From Octopus vulgaris (taxonomy: Eukaryota), in assembly GCA_951406725.2 (NCBI GenBank), contig OX597836.1, positions 49,786,001-49,850,000 of the forward strand: 64,000 bases of DNA, read 5' to 3'. Under the pieces are notes generated by a model, which made no database searches, was not told where the DNA came from, and saw only the letters and a program-made list of their open reading frames with translations. How positions within the stretch are numbered: position 1 is the first letter of the stretch; each line of letters opens with the position of its first letter. Both the position numbers and the translations under genes were made by a program. Of the stretch, positions 51,893 to 64,000 are shown piece by piece.

Positions 51893-53514
51893 TCTGAATA
51901 TTGATTTATTAGTTAATTTCTCAGTATATATATGGATGCATATGTATATTTTATACATGTGTGGATAGTGATGTAGCATTTGTTATATAACTTATGATGC
52001 AGCTATAAACAAATGGAATCAACATCTATTCTCTCACCTTGTTTCTTTTATTTGTTCCATTCACATGGTCACCCCCACACATGCATGTGTGCACACATGT
52101 AATTTCAGTTTCTGCTCACCAAATCCACTCACATCACTTTGGCTGGCCCAGGGTTAGTCTTACGGCAATTCTATTTAGATATCACTAGCATGCCCGTATT
52201 CAGAACAGAAGTAATAATACATCATTTCTCTACTCATGTGGGACTTGGAAATGAAAAATATCTTTTATAACTGATTATAACTTGTCTGCAAAAAACAGTC
52301 TAAACTTTGCGATGTTTAAAATACTTGATGTACCCCAATAAATAAACTGACATTTAACATCATTGAATAAACAAGGATTTATATATTCTGATTAGTAATT
52401 AAAACCTCTTTAACCTACATAATTCCACTTAACTGAATCAATTTTTTTTTTGTTAATAGATAAACTGGTGTCTTTAATTATCTGTGTGTGTGTATATTTG
52501 CATGTATATCTGTATTTATGCATATATGTATTTATATATGTATGTATATATTGTGTATGTATCTATGTAACTATACACATGTATGTAAATATGTTTGTGT
52601 ATGTATGTTTTACATACAGTTTTATATTTCTCTATCAAATTATGTGTAAAAACATTCATCATCATCATCATCATCATCTTATGTTTACTTTCTCTGCCGG
52701 TGGATGTTGGACAGTCATTACTGCTCTTCCAGGAAGGTTAGAGGATCACATCTCCGTCATAAACTTCATTCTGGACATGGTTTCTATGGCTAGATGCCTT
52801 CCCTAAAAGCAACCTCGAGTGAACTGGGTACAATTCTCATCAGACCAGTGTTAAGGGAGTTTAACATATCTTTGACAAGGCTAAAGAGACACCTCAATTC
52901 CACATGTAACTAAGTGACTTGGGTGTATTTTATTGTGACCCTATTGATAGGGTTACAATAAAAAGGATCAGAGTGAGAGCATGATGGATAGCAAGGCATA
53001 GATAAATGCTGAGGGTGAATGATAGAGGTTGTAACTAAATACCTAGTGGAGAATATGGGTAGATTGATTGCATTGGGTATATGTAGCATTGACGAGGTTC
53101 CTTGAAGCATATGTCTCAAGAGGGGTAAGAGAATAAGGGTGATAAGGGAGGTGGAGTGTTGATGAAAGGGTTAAGTAGGTGTAGGGATTTTGAGCTACAG
53201 TGGAAGCACTGTCCAGCAAACAGAGAAGATAGACTTCTGTATATGGTCAGAGTGGAGCACAATAGAGTTGAGATTGTGAAGAGGAGAGGGTGAGTGAGAG
53301 ATGAGCAGTAAAAGGAGATGAGTATGAGAAATATGAGAGGCACCAGTTTAAGTAATAGAAACATGGGTGACAATGGTATGGGTGATAGAAAGAGAAATGA
53401 TGAAGGGTTGTGTAATGAGAGGGCTGAATGATAGGAGTGTCAGAGGTAATCAAACAGGCCAATGATGTAGACTTGACAATTTATACACACACACACACAC
53501 ACACTCACATACAT

Positions 53515-53860
53515 ATCATCATCGTCGTTTAATGTCCACTTTCCGTGCTGGCATGGGTTGGATGATTTGACTGGGGACTGGCAAGCCAGAAGGCTGCACC
53601 AGACTCTGATCCAAGCTGGCAATGTTTCTACAGCTGGAAGCCCTTCCTAATGCCAACCACTCTGAGAGTGTAGTGGGGGCTTTTTACGTGCCACTGGCAG
53701 CACTGGCTATGACCATGCTCAAATGGTGCTTTTATGTGCCACCGGCACGGGACCATTCAGCCGGCACTAGTATCAACCACACTCAAATGGTACGTTTTAT
53801 GTGCCACCGGTACAGGTGCCAATCGGGCAGTACTATCAGCAGCCATGACAACGACTTCAC
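53515..53860 (-). mobile_element. SINE-like repeat family E with (GAT)n tail (RTE-type 3' end)
   Basis: Minus strand ends AACCCATGCCAGCACGGAAAGTGGACATTAAACGACGATGATG; homologous plus-strand copies at 54515-54706, 54965-55195, 57190-57488 and diverged pieces at 50310-50460, 52657-52810. Confidence 0.75.
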
Positions 53861-54089
53861 TTGACTCAACAGGTCTTTGCAAGCACAGTTTATTGCCCAA
53901 TGATTGAAGGGTTCTCTTAAATGGGCTGGTTACGCAGCACTTGCATAGGTCACGGTTACAGTCTCATTTGGCTTGCCAGGTCTTCTCAAGCACAGCATAT
54001 CTCCAAAGATCTTGGTCACATGTCGTTGCCTCAGTGAGGCCCAACGTTCAAAGGCCGTGCTATGTGTGAGAAGACTCGTCAGGCCAGGT

Positions 54090-54706
54090 GAAACCATAGT
54101 CATGTAAATAGCACCTGTGCATTATAGTTATGGCCGTTGCTGGTGCCATACAAATAGCACCCACAAATCATAACCATGGTCACTGTTAGTGCAATGTAAA
54201 TGGCACCCATGCATCGTAATCGTGGTCATTGATGGCACCAGGTAAATGGCATCTGTGAATCATCATGGTCAATGCTGGTGCCATGTTAATGACATGCATG
54301 CAGCGTAGTTATGGTCATCAGCGGTGCCATGTAAATCGGCACCCAGGGATAATGGACATTGACGATGTCATGCAAATGTCAGCCATCAGTCATGGTCACT
54401 GCCAGTATCAGGCACGTGGCACCTGTGCCTCATAGTCAAGGTTATTGCTGGTGCAATATAAATGGCACCCACCTGTGAATTGTAGTCATGGTTGTCACCG
54501 ATGTCATGTGAATGGCACATAAAAGCATCCATTACACTTTTGGAGTGGTTGGCATTAGGAAGGACATCCAGCTGTAGAAACCATGCCAAGTCAGACTGGA
54601 ACCCAGTGTAGCTCCCCAGCTCATCAGCTCCAGCCAAATCATCTAACCCATGCCAGCATGGAGAGTAGAAGTTAAATGATGACGATGATGAGGAGGATGA
54701 TGATGA
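54090..54706 (+). mobile_element. Family E repeat preceded by about 10 degenerate 42-bp hairpin units
   Basis: Recurring GGTGCCA(tgtaaa)TGGCACC palindrome with CATGGTCA-type linkers, running into the family E body and (GAT)n tail. Confidence 0.7.
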
Positions 54707-54848
54707 TATAATAGGCTTCTTTTAGTTTCTGTCTGCCAAATGCACCCACAAGACTCTGGACTGCCTGGAGCTATAGCAGAAGAAACAAGGTTCGATACAT
54801 TGGGACCAAACCTGAAATTTTCTTTACACACACATGCACAGACACATG

Positions 54849-54881
<33 letters not shown>

Positions 54882-55399
54882 GTAACAGAGGAAAAGTGGA
54901 TAAGTTCCTTTGACCTTTGGTATTATGTCATGCTTGAGAAAAAGATCCTTCAAGCTGAGCAAAATTGCAGTCATGGCAGATACTGGTGTCACGCAAATGG
55001 CACCCATGCTGGTGGTACATAAAAGCACCCATTACACTCTCGGAGTGGTTGGCATTAGGAAGGGCATCCAGCCATAGAAACCATGCCAAATCAGACTGGA
55101 GTCTGGTGCAGCCTTCCAGCTTACCAGCCCCAATCAAACCATTCAACCCATGCCAGCATGGACAACAGACATTAAATGATGATGATGATGATGATAAAGA
55201 TACTTTATCATTAAAGCTGCAAAAACATCACAAAAGCTGCTACTCCTGAGGAGCAGTTTTTGTGATATTTTTGCAGCTTTAATGATAAAACCTCTTACTC
55301 TAATTCTGGTATTCAAGTACTATTTTTACCCACCTTGTTTCACAATTAAGTGCTTACTCAGGTATATATAAAGATATAAATATATATATAAAGATATAC

Positions 55400-57175
55400 T
55401 TCTTGCAGAGAAATGTGTTGATAAGATAATCGAGGTAGCCAGAGTCTGTGATAGAATGCTTAAGCTTAGACTAGTGCTGCAACAAGGATTAGCAGCCATT
55501 ATATCAGCCTATGCTCCTCAGCCAGGGCCACCTGATGAACAGAAAGACCGATTTTATGACACCCTCTTGCAGACTACCATGTCGACGAATGACAGGGACC
55601 TTCTCTTTGTGGCTGGCAACTTCAATGGGCATGTTGGACAACATGTAGGGAGTGTCCCTGGTGTACATGGTGAGTATGGATTTGGTTCAGACTGCAGGAG
55701 TTCTGTGATGCAAATGATCTTCAGGAAGCATGCCAGTCACCTGTTCACCTACCAGTCTGGTGGGTACACAAATCAGATTGAATACATTCTCGCCGAGAAA
55801 TAAGAAAGAGGGTTACTTATAAATGCCAAAACATTCCCAAGTGAAGAATACAGCCCACAGCATAGGTTAGTAGTTAGCGACTTCAGGATCAGGGCTAAAT
55901 GACTGCCCAGAAGATGACCAGCATGGAAAAGAAGGGTCTGGAAGCTTAAGGATTCTGTGAATGGACAGAGATTTAGAGAGGTATTACTTGAAGCTTTTGA
56001 TGAAAAAGAGAAAGATATAGCATCCTGTTGAGGGCCACTGACCAGATCTGTGGCTGGTACAAAGTCCCTTCTTGACCTAAGGTAACATGGTGGTGGAACA
56101 ATGTAGTTGACAGGGCCATTAGGGAAAAGAAACAGGCACGGAAGGACTGGAAGAATGGTGGTAGCAGGGAACTGTATCAGATTGCCAGAAGGGAAGCTAG
56201 GAGACAAGTTTATTTAGTCAGAGGGGAAGCAGATAAGAAAAATTTGCCAATGTTCTGTGTTGTGAGGGCCAGGGACTTGAAATGTTTCATGTTGCAAGAC
56301 AGTATGTAAAAGATAACCGTGATGTCGAGAAATGTGTCTGCATGGATGATGGCTCACTTGCATTTAATGAGGCTGCAAAGAGAGAGACCTGGAGACACCA
56401 CTATGAAGAATTGCTAAATGAAGAGAATGAATGGGAGAAAGAGAGTCTATCAAATGTCAACCCAATGGAGGGACTAGCTATTCAAACTGACAGTACTTTG
56501 GTAGATAAAGCAATTAAGAGTATGAAGACAGGTTAAGCCCCTGGCCCATCAGGAATCACTGCTACAAAGGTGAAGGTGATGCATTATATAGATATAATTA
56601 CAGAGGTATCAAGTTGTTGGATCAGGTAATGAAGGTCACGGAGAGGGTCATAGCCCAACTAATTAGGGAGAGAGTCAGTCTAGATGAGATGCAGTTTGGG
56701 TTTGTGCCAGGAAAAAGCACCACTGATGCTATATTTCTGGTAAGACAGCTGCAGGAGAAATTCCTAACTAAAGATAAACCTCTGTGCTTGGCTTTTGCTG
56801 ACATGGAGAAAGCCTTTGACAGGGTCCCCTGATCCCTTATCTGGTAGTCAATGTGGAAACTAGGAATAGGTGAGTAGTTGGTGAGTGCTGTACAAGCCAC
56901 ATATAAGGATACTGTCAGTAAAGTAGGGGTTGGCACTGAGTATGCTGAATAATTCCTGGTAGAAGTAGGGGTCCACCAAGGTTCAGTCCTCAGCCCCCTC
57001 TAATTCATCATAGTCCTCCAGGCAATAACAGAGGAATTCAAGACAGGCTGCCCCTGAGAGCTCCTCCATTGTGATGACCTTGCTCTAATAGCTGAGTCAC
57101 TGCCAGAACTAGAGAAGAAGTTTCGGGTGTGGAAGCAAGGTCTAGCCAAAGTCTTAGTAAGTAGGAAGGTAGATA
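55400..57175 (+). mobile_element. Decayed RTE-type LINE (endonuclease and RT pieces)
   Basis: IISAYAPQ, AGNFNGHVG, QFGFVPGKSTTDAIF, FADMEKAFDRVP, VGVHQGSVLSPL, DDLALIAES; many stops. Confidence 0.88.
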
Positions 57176-58445
57176 AAAAACATGAACACACCATTTTAGC
57201 ATGGCTGATGTCAGTGCTGCCTGACTGGCATCTGTGCCAGGGACATATAAAAAGCAACATTCAAGCATGATCAATGCTAGTGCCACCTGACTGGCTCCTG
57301 TACCAGTGGCACATAAAAAGCGTTCACTACACTCTCAGAGTGGTTGGCGTTAGGAAAGGCATCCAACTGTAGAAACCTTATGAAGTCAGATTGGGGCCTG
57401 GTGCAGCCTCCCAGCTTGCCAGTCCTCAACCAAACTATCCAACCCATGCCAGCATGGAAAGCAAATGTTAAATGACGATGATGATGATACATGTGTGTGT
57501 GTGTGTGTGCATGTTTGTATGTATGTATATGCTTATATAGTTAAGAGTGTGTGATTGTAAGAACAAAAAAACATTTCCACTATGTAAATTTTAAAATGTT
57601 AAACAACACACAAGCTCTTAATCTCCATTTATGCACACACATATGTATGTACATATATATATATATATATTTGTACACGCTCATACAGATATATAAACAC
57701 ACACACTCACTCACACTCCTATACGCATATACAAACACTGGTATCATGATAAGATACAGTGGAAAAATACACCTGGGAAAAAATGGGTGGAGTTAAAAAT
57801 GTTATGAATTTTGTGACCAAAGAAACAATCATTGTAACTTTTGCTATATAAAATATATTGTATCCCAAAATAAAACAAAGAAAAGCTTTAAAAAAAATAG
57901 ATTTTAAAAAATAAATAAGAAATTTCAAATTTCAGGTTGCAATTAAGTGATTACAAATATGAAACTAGAGAGGAATTGATTTTAGGTCAAAATTTACAGC
58001 CAGCACTTGTTGCAGCATAGTAACTTATGTGCCTCAGTTATCCTGAGAGTTACCTATATATATATAGAGTAGAAATATGTTACGAAAAGGAAATATAAAA
58101 TACACGTGGAAATGTAAGGGTAAAATATGAAAAATCAACAAAAATGCACATTGCAAATAAAAAAAAGGCTATTTATGACAGGTAAAGACAAATATATACA
58201 TTTAGATTGACTGAGGTAGTAATACGAGTCATAAAAGTCATTATTATGAGATGATTATAAGATGATAAAGTAAGAGAACAAAACGGACCATGGTTTACGC
58301 AAAGCTATTCATCGTTTGAACAACAACGGTTAATACACGGTGTCAGGTTTAATAGTTCCTGAGAAAAAAGATTATTTGTAAGGGAGGTAAGTAGTTCTGG
58401 ATTATTTGTAAGGGAGGTAAGTAGTTTTGGATTTAGAGATGTGAG

Positions 58446-58772
58446 TGGTGTAGGGGTTGTATAGGGTTTAGTGGTTTCAATTGAAGAGTTAGTGGTGTTC
58501 TGTATTGAGTTGTGTGTACATATTTAGTTGGGGGAGAAATTTATTGATGAAAAATGCCTCTTTATTCAACCTTTTTTGCATTGTGGTGTTCTGTGAACAT
58601 TGGTAAAAGGGAAATATTTAGAAATTGGGATTAAGATTCCTGGCAAGGTTGAATACAAAGGCATTTTTCATCAATAAATTTCTCCCCCAACTAAATATGA
58701 ACACCCAACTCAATACAGAACACCACTAACTCTTCAATTGAAACCACTAAACCCTATACACTTCCTACACCA
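58446..58772. repeat. About 115-125-bp inverted repeat
   Basis: 58446-58573 pairs with 58645-58772 with few mismatches. Confidence 0.85.
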
Positions 58773-59801
58773 TACTGGGAACGTATGTATGTATGTTGGA
58801 CGGCCATCATGCATGCATGCACGCATGTATGTATGTATGCATGCACGCATGTATGTGTGTGTGTGTGTCTTTGTGTTAATGTATGTCACATCCATGTAAG
58901 TTAATAGTTTGGCAAACACAACCAATAAAATAAATACCAGACTTAAAACATAAATAGTTTGATCAATTTGTTCAACTTAACACTTCAAGATGTTGCCCCA
59001 GTAAGGCCACAGTCTATTGATTGAACCAACTAAAAGATAAAAGGTTTATTTAGAACTATTAAGACTACAATGAATAAAACTATGTCGTACATTGTGAGTA
59101 AAGTCATATAAGTAAAATAATGAAAATTAGAGCAGTCAACTACAAATAAACTTAGAACAAGGTGTAAAAATAATAAACTCTACAGATATCGAGTGAAGTG
59201 TCTGTCTAAGGCAGTGGAGCCAGCGGAATCGTGAACACATTCAGAAATAAAAAGCTTTTTCGTATTTCTTCCAGCTCTTTACATTCTGAGTTTAAATATT
59301 GGTCAACTTTGCTTTCATTCTTTTGGAGTTGATAAAGTAAAGAAAAAAAGAGAGAGACGGGGACATAGTGAAGTGCAAAGTGAGAAAGGCAAAGGAAAGT
59401 GGGAGAGAGTGTTGAAGAAGTCGAACAAAATTTAGTGAAATGTATAAGAGAACAAAGTGTACGTACACCGCTATATATATATATATATATAAAAAAAATA
59501 CAAAATGGGACAAGAACGCAAAACATCCAGACATGATAAAAAAAACACGGACGGGTCATTCGAAGCCTTTAAAATCAGTCAAGAACCAGATCATCCTCGC
59601 AATTTCAGCTGATTAATCTTGAGATTGCTCCAATTTGGCCAGCCCCAAGGAAAAACTAAGCTAAGAGCATTAGATTCCTTGGAAGAAAGCATTGAATGTA
59701 TACGAAACAAGGACGGAAAAACGGACGATGTTACACGAATATAAATGAAAAAATAATACAAAAAAACAATAAAAGTTTTTCCTTTGTTCTCTTATATGTA
59801 A

Positions 59802-59865
<64 letters not shown>

Positions 59866-59929
59866 ATATATGTTGGAGTCTCCCATTAGTTTCGATGTAT
59901 GCGGATCTGAAAACCTATTCTTTCTCTGT

Positions 59930-60385
59930 CAGTAACAATATTTATGTCGCATGAGACATTTGAGTCCTGCCAATGATTTACAAAGAAGCCCACAGATGCT
60001 GCAAGTATGAGGATCATGGGTCAGTGCAGGCAGGGTATTTGCAGTCACATTTCTCCTTTGTCTTGCACCCCTCAGCCTGTTAATGCTGATTGCAACAAAG
60101 TTTCTTATACCATTTTCACTCCAAGGCTGTTTGCTCAAAAGTGCTGTGAACCATCTTGACTGCGGAGAGGTTACTCTTCAGCTTGTCCTTATATTTGAGC
60201 CATGCTCAACCAACATTCCTGTGTCCACTATCAAGCTGGCTGGACTTGAGGACTTTGGGTATTTTTTTGTCACTCATTCTGATGACATGGCCAGCCCAGT
60301 GCAAATGCGACTGCATAAGGAAGCTCTCGGTTCCACCAATCTTACACTTGCGAAACAGGTTGGCATTAGAAACTGTGTCTTTTAG
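59930..60385 (-). mobile_element. RTE LINE 3' fragment
   Basis: LHWAGHVIRMSD..PKV-like sequence and terminal CSICGLLCKSLAGLKCLMRH zinc-finger remnant. Confidence 0.7.
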
Positions 60386-60399
60386 TGAGTATAAATCCT

Positions 60400-60996
60400 T
60401 TTATCTTTTACTTGTTTGTCATTGGACTGTGGCCATGCTGGGGCACAGCCATGACGGGTTTTGTGCAGCAAATCAACCTGGGGACATTTTTTTGCAGTCA
60501 GATGCTTTTTCTATCATTTTCATTTATGAAACCACAAAATGACAAGGATTTAAACAAACCAACACAAGTTATCAAGTGGTGGGCAAGGGTGGCAAACACA
60601 AAGACACACATGGCATGTGACAGTGGCAAGTAGTTTGCTTCCCAGCCACATGGTTCTGGGTTCAGTCTCATTGTGTGGCACCTTGGGTAAGTGTCTTCCA
60701 CTATAGCTTCAGGCCAACCAAACCCTTGTGAGTGGATTTGGTAAATGGAAACTGAAAGAAGCCTGTCATTGATATATAGATGTGTGTATATATGTATTTG
60801 TATTTGTCCCCCACTACTGTTTGACAACTGGTGTTAGTGTGTTTACGCTCCTGTAACTTAGCTGTTCAGCAAAAGCGACTGATAGAATAAGTACCGGGTT
60901 TAAAAAATAAGTACTGGGGTCAATTCATTTGACAATTCAAAGCATTGCTCCAGCATGGGCGCAGTCGATTCACTGAAACAAGTAAAAGATAAAAGA
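60400..60996. mobile_element. Two diverged family A SINEs (3' half on minus 60400-60610; near full on plus 60612-60996)
   Basis: Both match the family A consensus seen at 18279-18696. Confidence 0.75.
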
Positions 60997-61002
60997 TGCA
61001 TA

Positions 61003-62242
61003 TCTACTATATAAATGTGTGTGAATGTGATTATGTATGTGTAGTTCACCCCAAAACGCTATGAAACAGTGGGTCCTCAAGAAAAACGAATTCCATTATT
61101 TTTGAAATTTGTTGTCCCAAAGAGAATGTTGTTCATAAAAAAATAAGAAAAAAATACAATTTGTTTTGAGGTATAACTCGACTTTTAGATCTACAAATTG
61201 CACACTCTCTATTTTTCACCTTCAGTCTCTCTCTCTCTCTCTATTTTTCACCTTCAGTCTCTCTCTCTCTCTCTCTCTATTTTTCACCTTCAGTCTCTCT
61301 CTCTCTCTCTCTCTATTTTTCACCTTCAGTCTCTCTCTCTCTCTCTATTTTTCACCTTCAGTCTCTCTCTCTCTCTTTTTTTTCACCTTCAGTCTCTCTC
61401 TCTCTCTCTCTATTTTTCACCTTCAGTCTCTCTCTCTCTCTCTCTCTCTCATTTTTCACCTTCAGTCTCTCTCTCTCTCTCTATTTTTCACCTTCAGTCT
61501 CTCTCTCTCTCTCTATTTTTCACCTTCAGTCTCTCTCTCTCTCTCTATTTTTCACCTTCAGTCTCTCTCTCTCTCTCTATTTTTCACCTTCAGTCTCTCT
61601 CTCTCTCTCTCTCTCTCTAATTTACCACCTTCTTTATCACTATCTTTCTGCATTGCTTTCATTTTGTTTACATCTTATCTTCTAATGTTTACTTTCCTTT
61701 TATCACAGCTATCGTGTACAAAACCTGTTTTCTGATTGGGTAAAAAGGATCCAACTTTAACTCTCTGTAACATTTTCTTAAAAATTTTCAGGAATAAATC
61801 TATCACAAACTCAGATTTAGAGTGGAAAAGTATTCACCAAATTTGAAAATTTTCACTTCATTTTTAAATTTAAAGCATCAGAAAAGATCTCTATTTATCT
61901 ATCTCTTTCATTTTTAGTTTTTCTCATGGTAAACTTCTCCCCTTTCTGTATATATTTATTACACTATTTCTCACTCTCTAGTTTAGTAGTATACTTTTCT
62001 ATTAGTAGATATGCTTTTTCTTATACACACACACACTTGCTAGGTATGGGGTGTGGGATTAAACATTTAAATTACAAATTTTCTTTTTGTTGTTGCTTAA
62101 ATCCCAGCAATGGACCACAGCATCATCGTTCCATAAAAATAGAAAATGGAGAAGCTCTAACTTAAGTGGGTCTGCTATTCTGACAGTCTGCCAAGACATT
62201 CTATTGTTAAAATTACCTGGCAATGGCAGGATACTCAGCTAG
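61003..62242 (+). mobile_element. Probable non-autonomous Helitron carrying a tandem array
   Basis: A|TCTACTATATAA 5' end; 3' CCTGGCAATGGCAGG hairpin then CTAG|T, consistent with insertion at an AT dinucleotide without TSD. Confidence 0.6.
61205..61620. repeat. Compound minisatellite, 12 x [TATTTTTCACCTTCAG(TC)n]
   Basis: Direct reading; unit length varies only by (TC)n. Confidence 0.95.
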
Positions 62243-62244
62243 TG

Positions 62245-62278
<34 letters not shown>

Positions 62279-62623
62279 GTTACTACAAACATGAACAAAG
62301 AGAAAACACAACAACGTGAGGAGGTGAAACAAGTATAGTGTTATTGGATGCTCAGGAAAGGAAAGAAAGAAGGAGGATTTAATGTTTTGAGCGGAGCTCT
62401 TTGTCAGAAACATAGAAAAAGGAAAGGTCCAAGGAAGGGAAGATGGAGAAACGATACACATACGGTCAAATGCAGCACAAAGTTTTGTCAGTGAACAGGT
62501 CATAGTTTCAAAGCAACAAAAATATTTTAACACAAATTAAATTTAAATGTTGAAGTGAATCTAATTGTTTTTGTTTTGTGTGTTCTTAATTGGCTTATAA
62601 ACATCTTCCATGCTGCAATTGTA

Positions 62624-63892
62624 CGAGGGGCGTTCAATAAGTAATGCCTCTGACCCACTTGCAGTTGTTTGATCTAGCTGAAATTTTGCATGTGCACTTA
62701 TTTATGCCTCTATAGATTAAGTGGCGAATTACAGCTCTGAACTAATTGCGGTTTCTGATTTACAGGTGTTTGAACTGAGTCAAGTGTGAAATGGAGCCTG
62801 TTGAGTGTCGAGCAGTGATCTGGTTTTTGTATTTGAAAGGACGCACACCACGGGAGACTTTTGATGAAATGAAAGTAACTTATGGTGATGATGCCCCATC
62901 ATATGACCTTGTAAAACGCTGGCATCGTGAATTCAAACATGGTCAGAACTCTGTAGAAACAGCTCCCAGATCTGGTCGCCCCCTTCTGCCGTTGATGAGA
63001 CGTCTGTCCGTCAAGTTGAGGCTGCCATTTTGGAAGGTCAACGCATAACTATTCGCCAAATAGCCCATAAGGTCAAGATTAGTACCGGGTCTGTGGAAAC
63101 TATCATTCATGACCATTTGCATATGCAAAAGGTGTCTGCCAGATGGATTTCCAGGTTGCTCACACCTTTCCAGAAGCAAGAACGCGTTGAGTGCTCGAGG
63201 ATGAATTTGGAGATGTGCCAAGAAGATGAGTCAAAATTTTTCAAAAGACTGATCACACAGGATAAAACCTGGGTCCATCACTATGATCCATAGACCAAAG
63301 CCCAGTCAATGCAGTGAAAGCACCGTGACTCACCTCCTCCAAAGAAGGCAAGGGTGCAGCCCTCCGCTGACAAGGTTATGCTCACAGTCTTCTGGGACCA
63401 GGACGGAGTAGTGATGACAGATTTCCTGGCAAAGGGTACCACAATTACAGGAGCCTATTATGCTTCACTTTTGAGGAAATTAAGAGAAGCTATCAAAATC
63501 AAGAGGCGGGGCAAGATCAGCAAAGGCATCCTCCTCCTGCAGGACAACGCTCCGGTCCACAACTCGCATGTCGCCAGATCAGAAACACAGGCGTGCGGCT
63601 ATGAACTCCTCCCCTTGCACCCTCTGATTTTCACCTCTTCCCAGTCATGAAGTTGATTTTGAAAGGAAAGCATTTCCCAGATGATGCAGCCTTGATTTCT
63701 GAAGTCACGTCGTGGTTGGAGGTCCAAGATGGGGTCTTCTACAAAAACGGTCTCCAGAGCTGTATCAAACGATGGGAGAAATGCATAACTCTGGGTAGTT
63801 CCTATGTAGGAAAAGGCTAATAACTGTGCCAAGTGTCGTTGCTCTACTGCTATGGGAAGTGGGTCAGGGGCATTACTTATTGAACGCCCCTC

Positions 63893-63893
<1 letters not shown>
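62624..63893 (+). mobile_element. Mariner DNA transposon, full length (1270 bp)
   Basis: TIRs CGAGGGGCGTTCAATAAGTAATGCCTCTGACCCACTT / AAGTGGGTCAGGGGCATTACTTATTGAACGCCCCTCG with TA duplication. Confidence 0.95.
62791..63820 (+). pseudogene. Mariner transposase, frameshifted with stops
   Basis: PRSGRP, WISRLL (WVPHEL-like), ITQDKTW, LQDNAPVH, SDFHLF in three broken ORFs. Confidence 0.9.
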
Positions 63894-63948
<55 letters not shown>

Positions 63949-64000
63949 GATAATGCAGATAGGTTGATGTTCACCACAGCTGTTTCAGATATGTTGAATA

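Noticed and set aside
51490-51897. Poly-I/L/N ORFs
   Set aside because: Derived from an (ATT)n microsatellite.
54090-54520. CRISPR-like palindromic repeat-spacer array
   Set aside because: Eukaryotic context, degenerate repeats, linkers similar to one another, no cas genes; embedded in a SINE-like family.

Overview
AT-rich, microsatellite-saturated animal genomic DNA; the SINE and LINE repertoire looks like an octopus (cephalopod), which is my recognition and not a database result. One host gene runs on the minus strand across about 49 kb: a compact, divergent SLC16/monocarboxylate-transporter-like MFS protein. Five coding exons are well supported by phase-compatible GT-AG junctions (44154-43967, 27954-27811, 24961-24723, 22139-21629, 2852-2695) and a sixth, ATG-bearing exon is a candidate (51892-51852), giving about 426 aa in total. 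Introns and flanks are filled with decayed mobile DNA: a near full-length RTE LINE, CR1-like LINEs, an R4/Dong-type RLE LINE, Penelope-like fragments, Tc1 and mariner elements and MITEs, a Gypsy remnant, probable non-autonomous Helitrons and several SINE families. The most notable non-obvious signal is a set of type I hammerhead-ribozyme motifs, including two identical intact copies 362 nt apart in a foldback element (11614-11677, 11976-12039; retrozyme/Penelope-like), with about ten further intact or decayed copies and many short inverted repeats across the window. Most ORFs in the supplied track are translations of (TA)n/(TG)n/(TATG)n microsatellites and are not genes.
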